Virus record (IMG/VR): IMGVR_UViG_3300025151_000050
Location: 1 to 52,037 of that record
DNA from: a virus
Taxonomy: Duplodnaviria; Caudoviricetes
DNA: 52,037 nt
Strand: one strand, 5' to 3'
The notes under the pieces are model-generated. The model saw nothing but the letters and a program-made list of their open reading frames with translations. It ran no database searches and was not told the DNA's origin. How positions within the stretch are numbered: the stretch's first letter is position 1; each line of letters opens with the position of its first letter. The position numbers were made by a program, and so were the translations under genes. Positions 9,381-22,100 of this stretch are shown one piece after another.

Positions 9381-10115
9381 ATGGCTCAACGTCATTACAT
9401 ACCAGGTGTAAAAAAACCTCAAGATAATAGCAGTAGATTAGATTACCTCGACAATCTTGAAAAAGAAAGAAGAGAAAAAGCAGAATTTCCTAAACAAGTT
9501 GTAAGTTTAGCAGGAAAAACTATTCCTTCTGCAATGAACACCATGAAAGCTATCGAAAAAATAGAAACAGCTAAACTCCTTGATAGCGAAATATTAGAAA
9601 TGACTGACCCTGCAACCAATAAACCTATCTTTGTAGATAATACATTTACAGATAATAATTATGTTACAAATGAAATAGCAAATGCTACATCTCCTTGGAC
9701 TAGTAAAGTTAAAGTAAACCCTGCATTAGATTATAAAGAATATGAAATAGCTGAAATGTTATTCGATAAAGGTGTAGACCCAAGTACAACTAGTAAATTA
9801 GTTTCTACTGAAAAGCCAATGTCTACATATGCTCAAGTGTCTAAAGGAGTAAGCGAAGGCTCTAAATTTAGTAATATGCTTGAAAGCTCTGAAAGTATGG
9901 GGTTAACTACACAATCTGAAAAAATAGGTGCAACTTTAGGAAAGGCAGGGACCGCTTTATCAATTGGGTCAGGAGTATATAGAGTGTTTGCTGAAGATGA
10001 AATGCATGAAAAAATACATGGAGGGATTCAAGCTCTTTCTCCATATTTAATATCTACAGGGCCTTTAGGAGCAAGTATAGCTGCAATTAATTTTGTATGG
10101 GACTTTTTAGATTAA
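9381..10115 (+). CDS. Putative ejection (internal virion) protein
   Basis: AAGGAG RBS, no Cys, G/A-rich hydrophobic C-terminus, first gene of the ejection cluster. Confidence 0.55.
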   Translation: MAQRHYIPGVKKPQDNSSRLDYLDNLEKERREKAEFPKQVVSLAGKTIPSAMNTMKAIEKIETAKLLDSEILEMTDPATNKPIFVDNTFTDNNYVTNEIANATSPWTSKVKVNPALDYKEYEIAEMLFDKGVDPSTTSKLVSTEKPMSTYAQVSKGVSEGSKFSNMLESSESMGLTTQSEKIGATLGKAGTALSIGSGVYRVFAEDEMHEKIHGGIQALSPYLISTGPLGASIAAINFVWDFLD

Positions 10116-10471
10116 TGCGTAGAGAATTAAATAAAATGCAAGTAGAAAATATAGAATCTTATTTAAATAAATCTGGTGATAATATGCATGAATTTATGAA
10201 TAAAAATCCTAAATCTCATGTCTATGAAGTTCCAAATATGGGCTGGATTGAGTATTACGTATGGGATAAAATATTTTGGATACATACTGCATTTTCAAAA
10301 TTATCCACTAAAGAAACAAAAGAAATATGGAAATCTATTATTAAAATGGCTAAATACGAAGGATGTGAAAAAATACAATTTACCACAAAAAGAAATCCAA
10401 AAGCTTTTGAAAGATTATATAACGTTAAGACTGTACAATATAAAATGGAGCTTGACTTAACCAAGGAGTAG
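10115..10471 (+). CDS. GNAT-fold protein of the podovirus ejection cluster (T7 gp13-like position)
   Basis: FWIHTAFS...IIKMAKYEGCEKIQFTTKRNPKAFERLY is a truncated GNAT pattern. Start moved to the TAATG-coupled ATG at 10115. Confidence 0.6.
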   Translation: MRRELNKMQVENIESYLNKSGDNMHEFMNKNPKSHVYEVPNMGWIEYYVWDKIFWIHTAFSKLSTKETKEIWKSIIKMAKYEGCEKIQFTTKRNPKAFERLYNVKTVQYKMELDLTKE

Positions 10472-10473
10472 TT

Positions 10474-11565
10474 ATGAACAAATTATTAGAAAATATTAGC
10501 AATTGGATGCAAAATGGCTATAAAGGTAATCATTTACAAAGCAATGCTGCGTACGACCCTGATACAGGTGCGTATTCAGCAATAGGTACTGACCCTGGAA
10601 GTAAAATAGGTACTATAAGAAGAGTAGGAAAAGGAGATAGTTTTAAAGGGAAAAAATCTAAATGGAGAGGAGAGCAAACAGAAGCAGTTACTAAATCAGG
10701 AAAAGAATTTACATCTCTCGCTGAATGGGAAACAGAATGGAGAAATCCTTACATTGAAGGTAAAGAAGATGAAATTAAAACAATGGGTCAAAATATTTTA
10801 AGTACTGGAGAAGGAGAAGGAGTAGAAGGCACTGGATTTAAATATGCAGGAGACGAATATGCTTTTGAAGCTGCAGCCTCAGGATTTGAAGAAGCTGAAG
10901 GTGCTAGAGACCAAGCTATAAAAGATTTAGAAATAGCAGAAGAAGAATATATTGCAGGTAAAGAAAGAGCAGAAGAAGAATATCAAGCAGATATTAATAA
11001 AATGGCTCGAGATAAAGGAAGTATATCTAGTGAAGGGTATTCAGATTTATTAGCATCTGGAGCCGCTGAAAGTCAATCAGGATATGCTATGTCAGGACCT
11101 ACAGAAGAAAGAGCTTTAATGTCTAGTGGGGAAACAAGAAACAGGATGACTGAATTATCTCAAAGTAAATTTGAAAGAAAAGTTCAAAGAGATGATGAGC
11201 TAGAAGCTATTGAAGCTGATTTTGATGCTGCAAAAGACGTAGAATCTGCTGCTCAAAAAAGATTTAAAACTGAAGAAGCAGGATATAAAAGCACTGTTGA
11301 TAGTTTAATTGCTACAACTTTACAAACTTTAGATGATACTGAAGAAGCTATTTTTTTTAAAGGAGAAGAAGATACAGGCATTGAAGATTTATATATCTCA
11401 TCATCTACAGGTAGAGCAAAAGATTTATGGCAAAACATTTCTCAGCGTAGTGCCTACAGAGATACTTTGCAAAAAGTTAGAGATTTAAGAACAGGATATG
11501 ATACATTGAGAAGTAAAGTAGAAAGTGGCGAATACTTTGAATCTGGGTCAGGAGGTAATGAGTAA
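10474..11565 (+). CDS. Putative ejection protein, acidic coiled coil
   Basis: AAGGAG RBS, helical E/A-rich composition, no Cys. Confidence 0.6.
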   Translation: MNKLLENISNWMQNGYKGNHLQSNAAYDPDTGAYSAIGTDPGSKIGTIRRVGKGDSFKGKKSKWRGEQTEAVTKSGKEFTSLAEWETEWRNPYIEGKEDEIKTMGQNILSTGEGEGVEGTGFKYAGDEYAFEAAASGFEEAEGARDQAIKDLEIAEEEYIAGKERAEEEYQADINKMARDKGSISSEGYSDLLASGAAESQSGYAMSGPTEERALMSSGETRNRMTELSQSKFERKVQRDDELEAIEADFDAAKDVESAAQKRFKTEEAGYKSTVDSLIATTLQTLDDTEEAIFFKGEEDTGIEDLYISSSTGRAKDLWQNISQRSAYRDTLQKVRDLRTGYDTLRSKVESGEYFESGSGGNE

Positions 11566-13166
11566 TGGCAGATTTTATGGATGATTTAGTTAACATAATA
11601 AATGCTGGTGCAAATGCATATGATTCTTATGCAAGCTCTAAATTAGCAAGTGCGAATGCTAGAGCTGCTTCAAGAGAGCGTAGAGAAATGGCTGTTTTTC
11701 AAGATTCATTATTACGTGAACGACAAAATGATAAAATTGTTATTGATGCTTTAGAAGATAGATATAATGAATCAGTTAAAGAAATTAAAAGGTTAGATGC
11801 AGAAGCTACTAACCTTGGATTTGATTATGAGAGTTATTTAGGAACTATACCTGAAAACGAAAGAACTCAAGATATGCTTTCTGTTTTTGAAAATGAAACT
11901 GATTATCAAAATAAAACATTATTTGCAAGCGTAAAAGAAGCTAATGATATTGATACATTAAAGAAAAATCAAAAAGCTAGTACTGCTATGAATGAATGGA
12001 AAATTAGAGAAATAGGCAATCTTATTAACCAATATGAAGCTGGTGAAGCTGATGCTAAAATGATGGATACAGAAATGGGAATTAAAAGTATTCCTGATTA
12101 TTATGATTATCAAAATAAAGTAAAAGAATTTAGTGATAAATATTTAATGTCTGAAGATGATGTCAGAAGATTTCAATCTGAATTTATGGGCATGAAAGAA
12201 GGCGATGAAGGTTATGGTATTTTTGGACCTAAGACAACTAAAGCTTATGATGAACTAAATCGTGGACCTATGATTTCTTTAGATGCAGGTCCTGATGAAA
12301 TATTAGGTAGCCTTGACGATACTAGAAGAGGATTATCTGCTAGAGGTGCAGGATTAATGAGCGGTGCTCCTACTACTAAAGAGCAATTGCAATTAGAAAC
12401 TGCATTAACTAATCTTAAAAATAAAAAATTAACTGATGATGCTAAATCTGGTTCAATTGATTTTACTCAAGCAAGAAGTGAAAATTGGTCTAGTGTAAAT
12501 TCAGATATGAGAAGTTACGCTACTAATGTTGCACAACTTCAAGGCACTGGTAGTTTAAATGAAGACTATAGAGAAAAATTTGCATTTGATGCATCTATTA
12601 AATTTGACAAAGAAGGTGGATTTAATAGTAAAGAAGATTTAAAACAATTTAGAGATAGTTTAGGTCAAAAGCTTTTGCAAGTAGCTAAATGGGGAGATGA
12701 CTCTAGCTTGTCTGATGATTTAAGAAAAGCAGTAATAGCTGGTGATTTGCTTGATTTATCTAATAAATTAATACCAGATAATCCAAATGACATTGACCCA
12801 ATGACTGGAGTTAGTAAAAAATATTCTGGTAATTTATTTGACTTTGCAGGATTTAATGATATGGGTGTAAATGAAAATAGACATTTTGTAGAAAATTTAA
12901 AAATGTGGAAAAAAGCATACGACATAGAAGGTGATATTGATAAATTTGAATTAGGGTTATTAAAAACACAGGCAGAGCAAAACAAAAGATTATCTAATTT
13001 AATATTACCCTCTTATTCTCCTTCAGAATTTGGAAAAGATGATATTGCCCAATTAGATGCATTTTTACCAAAAGACCTTTCAGTCTATGACGATAAAGGC
13101 GGAATAGATTATGAGCAATTATCTAAAGTATTAGATATGATGAAACTTTTTAATTTTGGGAAATAA
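11565..13166 (+). CDS. Putative ejection protein
   Basis: TAATG coupling with GGAGG RBS, helical, no Cys. Confidence 0.6.
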   Translation: MADFMDDLVNIINAGANAYDSYASSKLASANARAASRERREMAVFQDSLLRERQNDKIVIDALEDRYNESVKEIKRLDAEATNLGFDYESYLGTIPENERTQDMLSVFENETDYQNKTLFASVKEANDIDTLKKNQKASTAMNEWKIREIGNLINQYEAGEADAKMMDTEMGIKSIPDYYDYQNKVKEFSDKYLMSEDDVRRFQSEFMGMKEGDEGYGIFGPKTTKAYDELNRGPMISLDAGPDEILGSLDDTRRGLSARGAGLMSGAPTTKEQLQLETALTNLKNKKLTDDAKSGSIDFTQARSENWSSVNSDMRSYATNVAQLQGTGSLNEDYREKFAFDASIKFDKEGGFNSKEDLKQFRDSLGQKLLQVAKWGDDSSLSDDLRKAVIAGDLLDLSNKLIPDNPNDIDPMTGVSKKYSGNLFDFAGFNDMGVNENRHFVENLKMWKKAYDIEGDIDKFELGLLKTQAEQNKRLSNLILPSYSPSEFGKDDIAQLDAFLPKDLSVYDDKGGIDYEQLSKVLDMMKLFNFGK

Positions 13167-16100
13167 TGGCAGAAGAAAAATATGGAATAGGCTTTAATCC
13201 TATTGAAGAAGAAGATGAAGCTGTAAGATTATTACGTAGCTTAGATTACATACAAAATCAAACAAAACCTTTAAATGACGATGAAAAGTTAATAAGTGGT
13301 GATAAAGAAAAGTATGTAAAGCTTCCAGAAGAAGAACCTGTTGTAGAGCAAATAGAACCTCAAGAAGAATCAGAAGAAAACCAACAATTATATAACTACG
13401 CAAATCAGTTCATAGAGGCACAAAATATTCCTATTGGTGATAGTGGCAAGCCTATAGTAAATCCTTCCGATATAGGGCTATTTTTAAAGCAAACAAACCC
13501 ATATGATAGAGAAATACAAGACTATGATGCTGATTTATTGGGTGATAAATGGCTTAGAGAAAATCCAAACCAAAAACAATTTGAGATATATGAAACTAGT
13601 CTCTCAGATGAATTAGCTTATACATTTAGAGAATTTGCTGATAATATTAAATTATCTGTACCTGCTTTTTTACAAATGGCAGCACAGCAATCTAATGAAT
13701 ATAGTTATTTAAATACTGTAAAATCATTAGTAGGAGAAGAACCTCAAGATATATTTGACGATGAAACAAATATTAAACTCCCAAGAGATAAAAAAATAGA
13801 TATAATAAACATGCTTCAAGATGCTAAAAAAGCTCAACTTGAAGAAAATAGAAAAGATGTTGAGTATATGGCATGGATGAGATATGCTGCTGACACACCT
13901 ATGTCAGAATGGGGTGAAGGGGTATGGGCAAGAAGTGCTGGTCGTTCAGTTTCTAATTTATTACTTCAATATCTTATTCCAACTGGAGCTGCTATAATAA
14001 CTAGAAATCCAAATGTAGGATTAGTTTCTAGCTTAGGATTAGGTTATTTATTAGAAGGCTCTAATCAAATGTCTAGTTCTATTGATTATTTAATGCAAGG
14101 TAAAGAAATATCTTTAGATGAATATAATAAAAAATTATCTTTATTTAGAAATACATGGTCCGAAGAATATAAAGAGCAGTTTGGGGAAGATATTAGTGAA
14201 AAGAAATTAAAATTAGATAGCGATACATGGACAAATAATAACTTTGATATGAGTCAATTAAGTAAAGGTATTATTAAAGAGTATGGCCATTCTAAAGAAG
14301 AAGCGTATGATATAGCATGGGTTGCTGCTAATACGTATGCAGTAGCTTCAACTAGTATTGAATTTTTCCCTGGAATGAGAATAATGAAAAGAGCTGCTGG
14401 TGTAGATAGAAAAATGATTGGACCTAAAACATATAGAGCTTCTTTATTTTCAACCATATTAAATAAAACATCTGATGCAACTAAGCGTATTGCTCAAAAA
14501 ACTGGACTTGCTACACGATTATCTACTCCAGCAATAGCAGCAAATGTTGGAAAGACAAGTATTTTAGAAGGAGCAACAGAGTGGATGCAGTATAATGCTG
14601 AAGTAGCTATTGAAACTATAGGTCCAGCAGCGTATAAAAGCGAATCTTTTTCAGAAGTATATGATTACAATACTGCATTAGAATCATTTGTAGGTGGAAT
14701 GATGGGTGGCGGTATAATGTCTTTGTCTACTGATATAGTAAATAAATCAGGAGCAATGCAAAGAGTAGCTAACTTTAGCAAGAAAATGTATCCAGGTCGT
14801 AATACTATTGTAGTTAAAAAAGACGATGATGGTAGATATAAACTTGTATTTAATGATAAGTTCCAAGGAGTTACAATTGGAGACCCTGAAGTTAGAAATC
14901 AATTACTACAAAGAAATTTCAAAAAAGAGTTATTAAGAGACGAACAAAATAATGAAATATCTTATTCTAACTTTAGAGAGGCATCAGAAGTTGCTAGTCA
15001 ATTAACTGATGAAATGAATAAGTTTGACAATCAAATCTTCTTACATAAAATGCAGTCTTATATAGGAGGTGAAGTAAAGATAGAGCAAACCTCTGAAGGC
15101 AAGTTTCAAGTAAATGCTTATAATAAAGAAGGTAAATTTATAAACACTATTGAAACTGCTGATACTAAAGTTGCTGCTAAAAAGACATTAAAGATAGCGT
15201 CACAAAATATAGTATCTATAAATAAATTAAATGAGCAGATTAGTGAAAAAGAAATGTCTGAAAATAGATTCTTGCAACAACTTAAGCAAGAAGAAAGCAC
15301 TACAGGCGTTAATGTAGATGTTAAAACATCTGAAGTTAAGAATAGAGGATTAATTAATAATAGAGATTTAAATACTGATATAAATATATTAAAAGCATTT
15401 AATCCTGATAGTGAAGTTAAAACAGAAGAAGAAAATGATGTTATCGATAAAGTTAACGATGATTATAACCTGCATGAAGATTCTAATATTATTAAAGAAA
15501 TTATAGAAGAGCGTGGTGGTAATGTTATATTGCATAGTGGACAAACTCCTGTTGAGTTTTTAAAAGAATATGAAGATACTTTTGGAGAAGATAGCCCTGA
15601 AAATGTAGAAGCTATACGAAATATTTTAATAGAAGATGAGTTGTTACCTCCTAGTGAAATGCCACAAGACAATGAATCTACTCCTGCAGAAAAAGTAGAA
15701 AAAGAAATTGAATTAGGCCCAGAAGGTGATGCTGTTTTAGATAGAACAGATATACCTATAACAACAGTAGATAGAGATGATAATACTGGACGTAATATAA
15801 ATATAGATAAAGGTGAAAAATTACCTATACAAAAAACTCCAAAGCCTAAGGCTAGTAAAAAACAAAAAGAATTATCTAGCTTAACAGATGAGCAATTAAA
15901 GTCTAGATTAGCTACATTAATATCAACTGAAAAAAAAGCTGGACTTCCATTAGCTAGTCAGAAAAAAGAATTATTAGACGAACTTAAAGCTAGAGGTATA
16001 GATGAAAAAGATTTAGATTTAAAACAAAAAATATCTCCACGTATTCTTGAAAAATTAGAAGCTAATAGGGAAAAATATATTGAAATTGTATTGCCAAAAG

Positions 16101-19100
16101 ACATAGATGGAGATGTAGAAGAGCGAATAAATTACAAAGAATTTGCTAAAGAACTATCTAGACTTATTAAAATAGATACTCCATCTAGTGATTTGCTTAC
16201 TAGAGACTTTATTGACAATTCTATAAAACCATTTTTTGATAAACGAATAGTTAATAGTAAAGGTGAAAAGTTATTTAACGTTAAAGAAGTAAACGACCCT
16301 CAAGTATTTAATAAGGGATGGTATGTACCTTCAGAAAAAACGCTATACATAAATACTGCCTATGCTACAAAAGATACTCCTTTTCATGAATTTGCACATC
16401 CTATATTAGAATACATGGATAAGCAAGACCCTAAAACTTTCGATAAATTATATGAAGAAATTTTAAATACTCCTGAAGGCAAAAAAGCACATAGCGTTGT
16501 AAAAGAACTATATCCTGTAGATTATCAAAATCAAACTGCTTTATTTAAACATGAAGTATTTGCTGAAGCTTTAGGTTATATGGGTAAAAAGAAGTACTTA
16601 AGTCCTGCTGATAAAACTTTATGGCAAAAAATAGTTGATTTTATTAAACAAGTATTTGGAATAAAGCCTGAGTCTTGGAGGTCTATGAAAGCTGATAAGG
16701 TTCTTACTGGCCCTAATGTTAGTATAGAAAAACTTGTAGAAGTTATATCTGACCCTACTAAAAAATATACATTAGAAGTTTTTACTGACGAAGAAAAATT
16801 AGCATCTATGCAAGATATACTGCTAACAATGCCAAATCCATCTCCTACAATGAATCCTACTATACCTCAAAGAATTTTAACTCCTGTATTTAGTGAGATA
16901 AAAGATGCTGAATCTAGTCAAAGAGAGTTTCTAGATGTTGTAGTGGGTGAAGCTTTAAATGAAGCATTAAGTAATTTACCTGATAATCTTACCGATAACG
17001 ATATATTTAATCTTAATAAGTCTATTTCTTTAGCTTTAGGTAAAAAATTAAAAACTATGCTTAAAATACCAAAGCGTTTATATAAAGGTAAAAAGTATAA
17101 AGTAGGAGATATTGATTCTCAAGTTGTAGATATATTAGACAATTCATATAAAGAATTATTCAGTCAGACATTAGTTAAGTCTGGATTGCAAAGTAAACTT
17201 TCTGGAGATGACATTAGTCCAAAATGGACAAATCCTTTGTTTACATATTCAGACGATAGAAAAACAATAACTTTAACTGCCGAAGGGTCAGCATTGCATG
17301 ATGTATTTAAAGCAGTGCAATTTAAGAATAGGGTATCAGAATTTTTAAGAAAGAAACAAATAAAGTTTTCTGTAAATGACATTAATGCAAAGTTTAGTAA
17401 ACAATCTGAATTTGGCAAAGAGAGTAAAGAAATACAAGAATTTCAAAAGTATTTAGATAAAAAAGATATTTTAAATGTTGATGGCAAAAGAATAAAATCT
17501 ATTGATTCATTTGAATTAGCAGAACATTTTGACACCTATATGGCAGAAAAGTATCCATTATTTTACGAATCGTTTCCCAAAAATTATGGAGTAGAAATAC
17601 ATAAAATATATAGAGATTATGAATTATCAGAGCAGATGAAAGAAAATAGTATAGCTAATAGAGTTGCATTTTTTGATAAAGCAACCACTCTACATAACTA
17701 CTTTTCATATCATGGAATGGGTAAAGGATATAAAGAAGGTCCAGCCTCTATTGATAATACTGCTCCTTTATTTTGGTATAGTTATGAGAAAACTCATGAT
17801 GGAGATATTGTATTATATGAATATCAAAGTGATATATTTGACAAAGATGTATCTACAGGATTAAGTTCAAATGATTTAATAAAAGATTTAAAAACCAAAG
17901 GAAGCGATTCTACAACTAGTGGATTTATATTAGAAAAAGCACTTGATGTATATTATGGAAAAAGCTCAGATGCTGTAGCTGATATGTTAAAATATGGATA
18001 TAGAATACCTCCTGTAATAAAAAGGATGATTAATTTTGAGTTTAAATTTAAAGATTTAATTAAATATGTCGATGAAACTGATGAGAATAAATCATTACTT
18101 ATAAAAAAGATAGTTGATAATAATTTAATGCCTATGTTTCATTTAGATGACTTAAGGAATAGTAATAAGAAAGAATTATTTAAACTATTAGGTAATCATG
18201 CATTTGATGTATTTAAAACTACTGGAGATTTTAATAAAGCTTTAAATAGCTATAAAGACATTTTATCATTCCAAGTTCCTGACGTTACTTCGTTTGATGA
18301 AAATAGGCAATTAAATAATTGGGAAAATATATTGCATGAGTTTAAAGTGTGGTCTTCATCTATGTCTGGATACAATGCTTATGGAGTTAATAAAATAGAT
18401 AATGAAATGTCAGTAGCTTTAATGCAAGATATTATTAATAATAAAGCTAACAAGGAAAGATATTATGAAATTTTAACTGCTATAAATAATGGAGAGCAAG
18501 TTGAAGGTGGTAATGAAGCAGCATTAATTGCTTTAAACGAAAACAAATATAGAGAAATATCTTCTCGATATCAAAGAATAAAAACAGAAGGACTTAATAA
18601 AGAAAAATCATCTAATGCATTAACTGAATTTATAAAAAGTTCAATTATAAATAATCCTTCTTTTATGGAAGCAACATTAATTAGATACAAGCGTAGTTCT
18701 GAAATCCCTAATTTAATGTATAAAGCATTAGCCATGTCAAAAAGATTTACAAAACAAGCTGAAGCTGAGTTTCAAAAAGGTTTAAGATTTGCTAATAATG
18801 CTAAATTTTTAACAAATGAAGTATTTTCAAGCAAAGAAGCATTACGTGCTTTTGCAGAAGCTGAATTTCAAGAATCTATTGTTAAATTTTTAAACATATA
18901 TATATCAAATAGAAGTTCTTCTGAAATAAAAAGCAAGGCTCTTGAATTAGCTAATGAAAAAAATCAAGTAAATGCAGAAAAAATAGCTAAAGAATTTAAG
19001 GTAATTAAAGATAGACACGATAAAATGATTAATCCTGTTGTGCAGTCAAGATATTTTGATTGGATTATTCGTCATTCAATTATAAATGCATCTCAATTAA

Positions 19101-22100
19101 TAGAAGAAGGAAAATCTATTTATTTAAATACAGGTGCAAGTATTCACAAACAAGAGCATTGGGATGAGCAAAATGACCCATTTCATATCTATAAGTCTCC
19201 AAATGAAAATAAATGGCATATTACTAAACAAATTTTAATGGACGATAGAGATGCCCTATTAAGACAGAAATTGTCTAAAATGTTTGCTAAAGATGGTTTA
19301 GAAGATAAATATAAAATGAATTTAGGTATGTTTTTAGATACCTTTACTACTTCTGGTCCTGGTTTATTAGGATATAAATATGAATATGGTGAAATTAATC
19401 CTTACGATAATAAAGATTATAGAGAGGTTCAAGATTGGCTATCTAATAATATAAAAAATGCAGTTTCTGTATATAAGCCAACTGAAAAAACTACCGTTGC
19501 TGGTTTTGATTATAAATATGAAGCAACTAAAAAGAGATTAGAAAATTGGAATAAAGTAGGACCATGGTATACAGCATTAACAAAAATTAAAAATTTAGGA
19601 CTTGAATATGTTACTCCAGAATGGTCATCAGTTCCTTTGCTTAAAGTAACTAAAATACCTTCTGACTTAACTCCTACATTTTATCAAAAAACTGTATTAG
19701 AGATAAGTGATGCAGAAGGAAATCCACAATCTTTATCAGATATTAAAGAACTAGCTAATCATTTATTGGAAAAAAGAAATCTTACAGCTAGAAAGAAAGA
19801 CAGAATATTTAAGAATGCATGGAAACAATTAAATGAAATCAAAGAAGGAATTGTTGCAGACCCACAAGAATTTAGAGTCGCAATGATAGATGGACTGCCT
19901 ATTGATATAAGAGATGATTTTGTTAAATGGTTTAAAGTTAATTTTAACAAAGATAAAATGCAGAAGATTAGAAGTAAAGAAGCGTTTGGGGAATCTCAAG
20001 AATATTTTCTAGATATAGAAGATGTTGCAAGTAATGTTATGACATATTTAAATGAAATGTCTGAAGGCTTAGATGACTTATCTAATAAAAAACAAACTAA
20101 TGAAAAAGAAATAGGTATTAATGAACTTACCTATTTTAGAGAGTTAGGTATAAATATAAGTCAAAATGAATTAAAATCAGTTAGAAAAGAAGCACATAAA
20201 ATAGATAGATTTGAAGACTGGTTAAAAGAAGTAGGTCCTAAATACTTTGCATTAGCTCCTTCTAAAATGGTTAATTGGAAGAAAAATGGATTGCAAAAAT
20301 ATTATTTAAGGATTAGAAGTAGTATTAGAGTAAATACATCTGAAGGTGTAAATAATGAACGAGACAATTTTAATGTAGAAATAGTTGATGAATGGATAGA
20401 CGGACAGTGGGTAGTTAAAGATTTTAAGATAGGATTAAAAGGCCCTGAAGACAAAAGCTCAGGCAAAAAGAATGCTACTTTTGAAAAAATAATGCCATTT
20501 GAATTTGTAGAAAAAGGTTTGTTTGGTTTTATATCTCCTAAAGACATGAGAGTTTCTAGAGCAAAAAAAGATGAAGACGGAGAATATGTTTTAGACAATA
20601 CAGGTAAAGCAGAAAGAGAACTTAAGGAAAGATATGGAAGTTTAACAGAACGTGAACTTTTACTGTTATCTAAAAGATTAGGAGAAAAAGACCTTGCCAT
20701 AGCATTTATGAGAGGTGAAGCAGGAAAGCTCGGTATTGTAAGGATTACTTCTGACCATAAAAATAAAGCTAAAAATGCTGATGATTACTTTGATTTAAAA
20801 GGAGTAAGCCCTGAAATGAAAGAAGAGCTTATGGGCAAAGGCTTAAAGTTTAAAGATAATAACGCTAGAATGCAATACATAGCTGCAGAGATTGCTGTCG
20901 TTGAAGCTATGGAAAAAGTATTCCCTGATTATTTAAATAGAAGTATAGCTAATGTATACAAAAGAATAAAGCTACCTTTTACACCAGCTACATTTTCTCA
21001 TGAAATGGAAGATATAAAATTAAGACGTATTAGTCCTGAAGAATTAAAAGATTTAAGATTTGTATATAACAATAAAACTAATACAGATGGTTTAAAGAAT
21101 GTTAAAGGAGTTGGCGTTAAATATATAGCAGACGGTGGTACTATTAATGGTAGAAATATATTTGAAAAGTTTTATAAAGGGTTTGGTTTAAAGAGAGGTA
21201 CAGCTAAAGGTAAGACTGTTATATATCATAATGATGGCTCAGGAAATGTTATTGCAGTAAAACATCAGCATTCTATGATGGAAAAACTTATGGATATCTA
21301 TGTAGGTGATAAGAGAATTGCTTATACAGATAAAAATGGTAATTTATTTTTAGACAATGGAAGTCCTATAGATATGCTAGCTACTGAAGATGAAATTAAA
21401 ATTTTAACGGGAGCTGGTAATTTATCTAATGAGATAATAGAAATACCAGGGAATGCAATAGGGTTTATAAAGTTTGATGAGCATACATCTACAAATGGTA
21501 AAACTGCTATTCAAGCATGGAATCATATTTATGATAGAAATTTAGTAAGTGCATTTAATCAGTTCATGGTGCCTCAAGCTGAAAAAGAAATTAGAAAAAT
21601 GATTTTACTTGCTGTAGATACTGTTAATTCTAAGTCTATAGATAAACAATTAGAATTATTAAAGATATTAGAAAATCAAGATTCTGAAGGATATATGCCA
21701 TCTGCATTAGAAATGGCTAAATTAGGAGCAGGTAATCATCCTTCTATGGCTCCTGTTTATAATAAACTTGTACAAAGACATATCATTGAACCTGGGGTGC
21801 AGTTATCTAAAGTTCCAGGCTCACGATTAGATTTTGCTCCTAACTTTAGAGGAGATTTAGATAGAGGTGAAGTAGCATTATCGATTCAGAATGCTAAAGC
21901 TATTAAAGAAAAATATGCTGAAATGAATGACATGAGTCTTTCTGATGTAGATAAATTATCAATGAAAGTTTTAAATGAATGGTTAGCAGATAATCCTATA
22001 TATATATTTGCATCTAGAAGTCCTATACCACACGTTGGTGGTGCGATGATGGCTAGAGTTAAAAGACTGCATGGAAGAAAGGGTCTTATTGAAATTAATA

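Noticed and set aside
16100-16114. Second DxDGD (KDIDGDV) in the giant protein
   Set aside because: It has no preceding RxP or barrel-like strands and lies in a charged linker before the protease, so it is probably chance.
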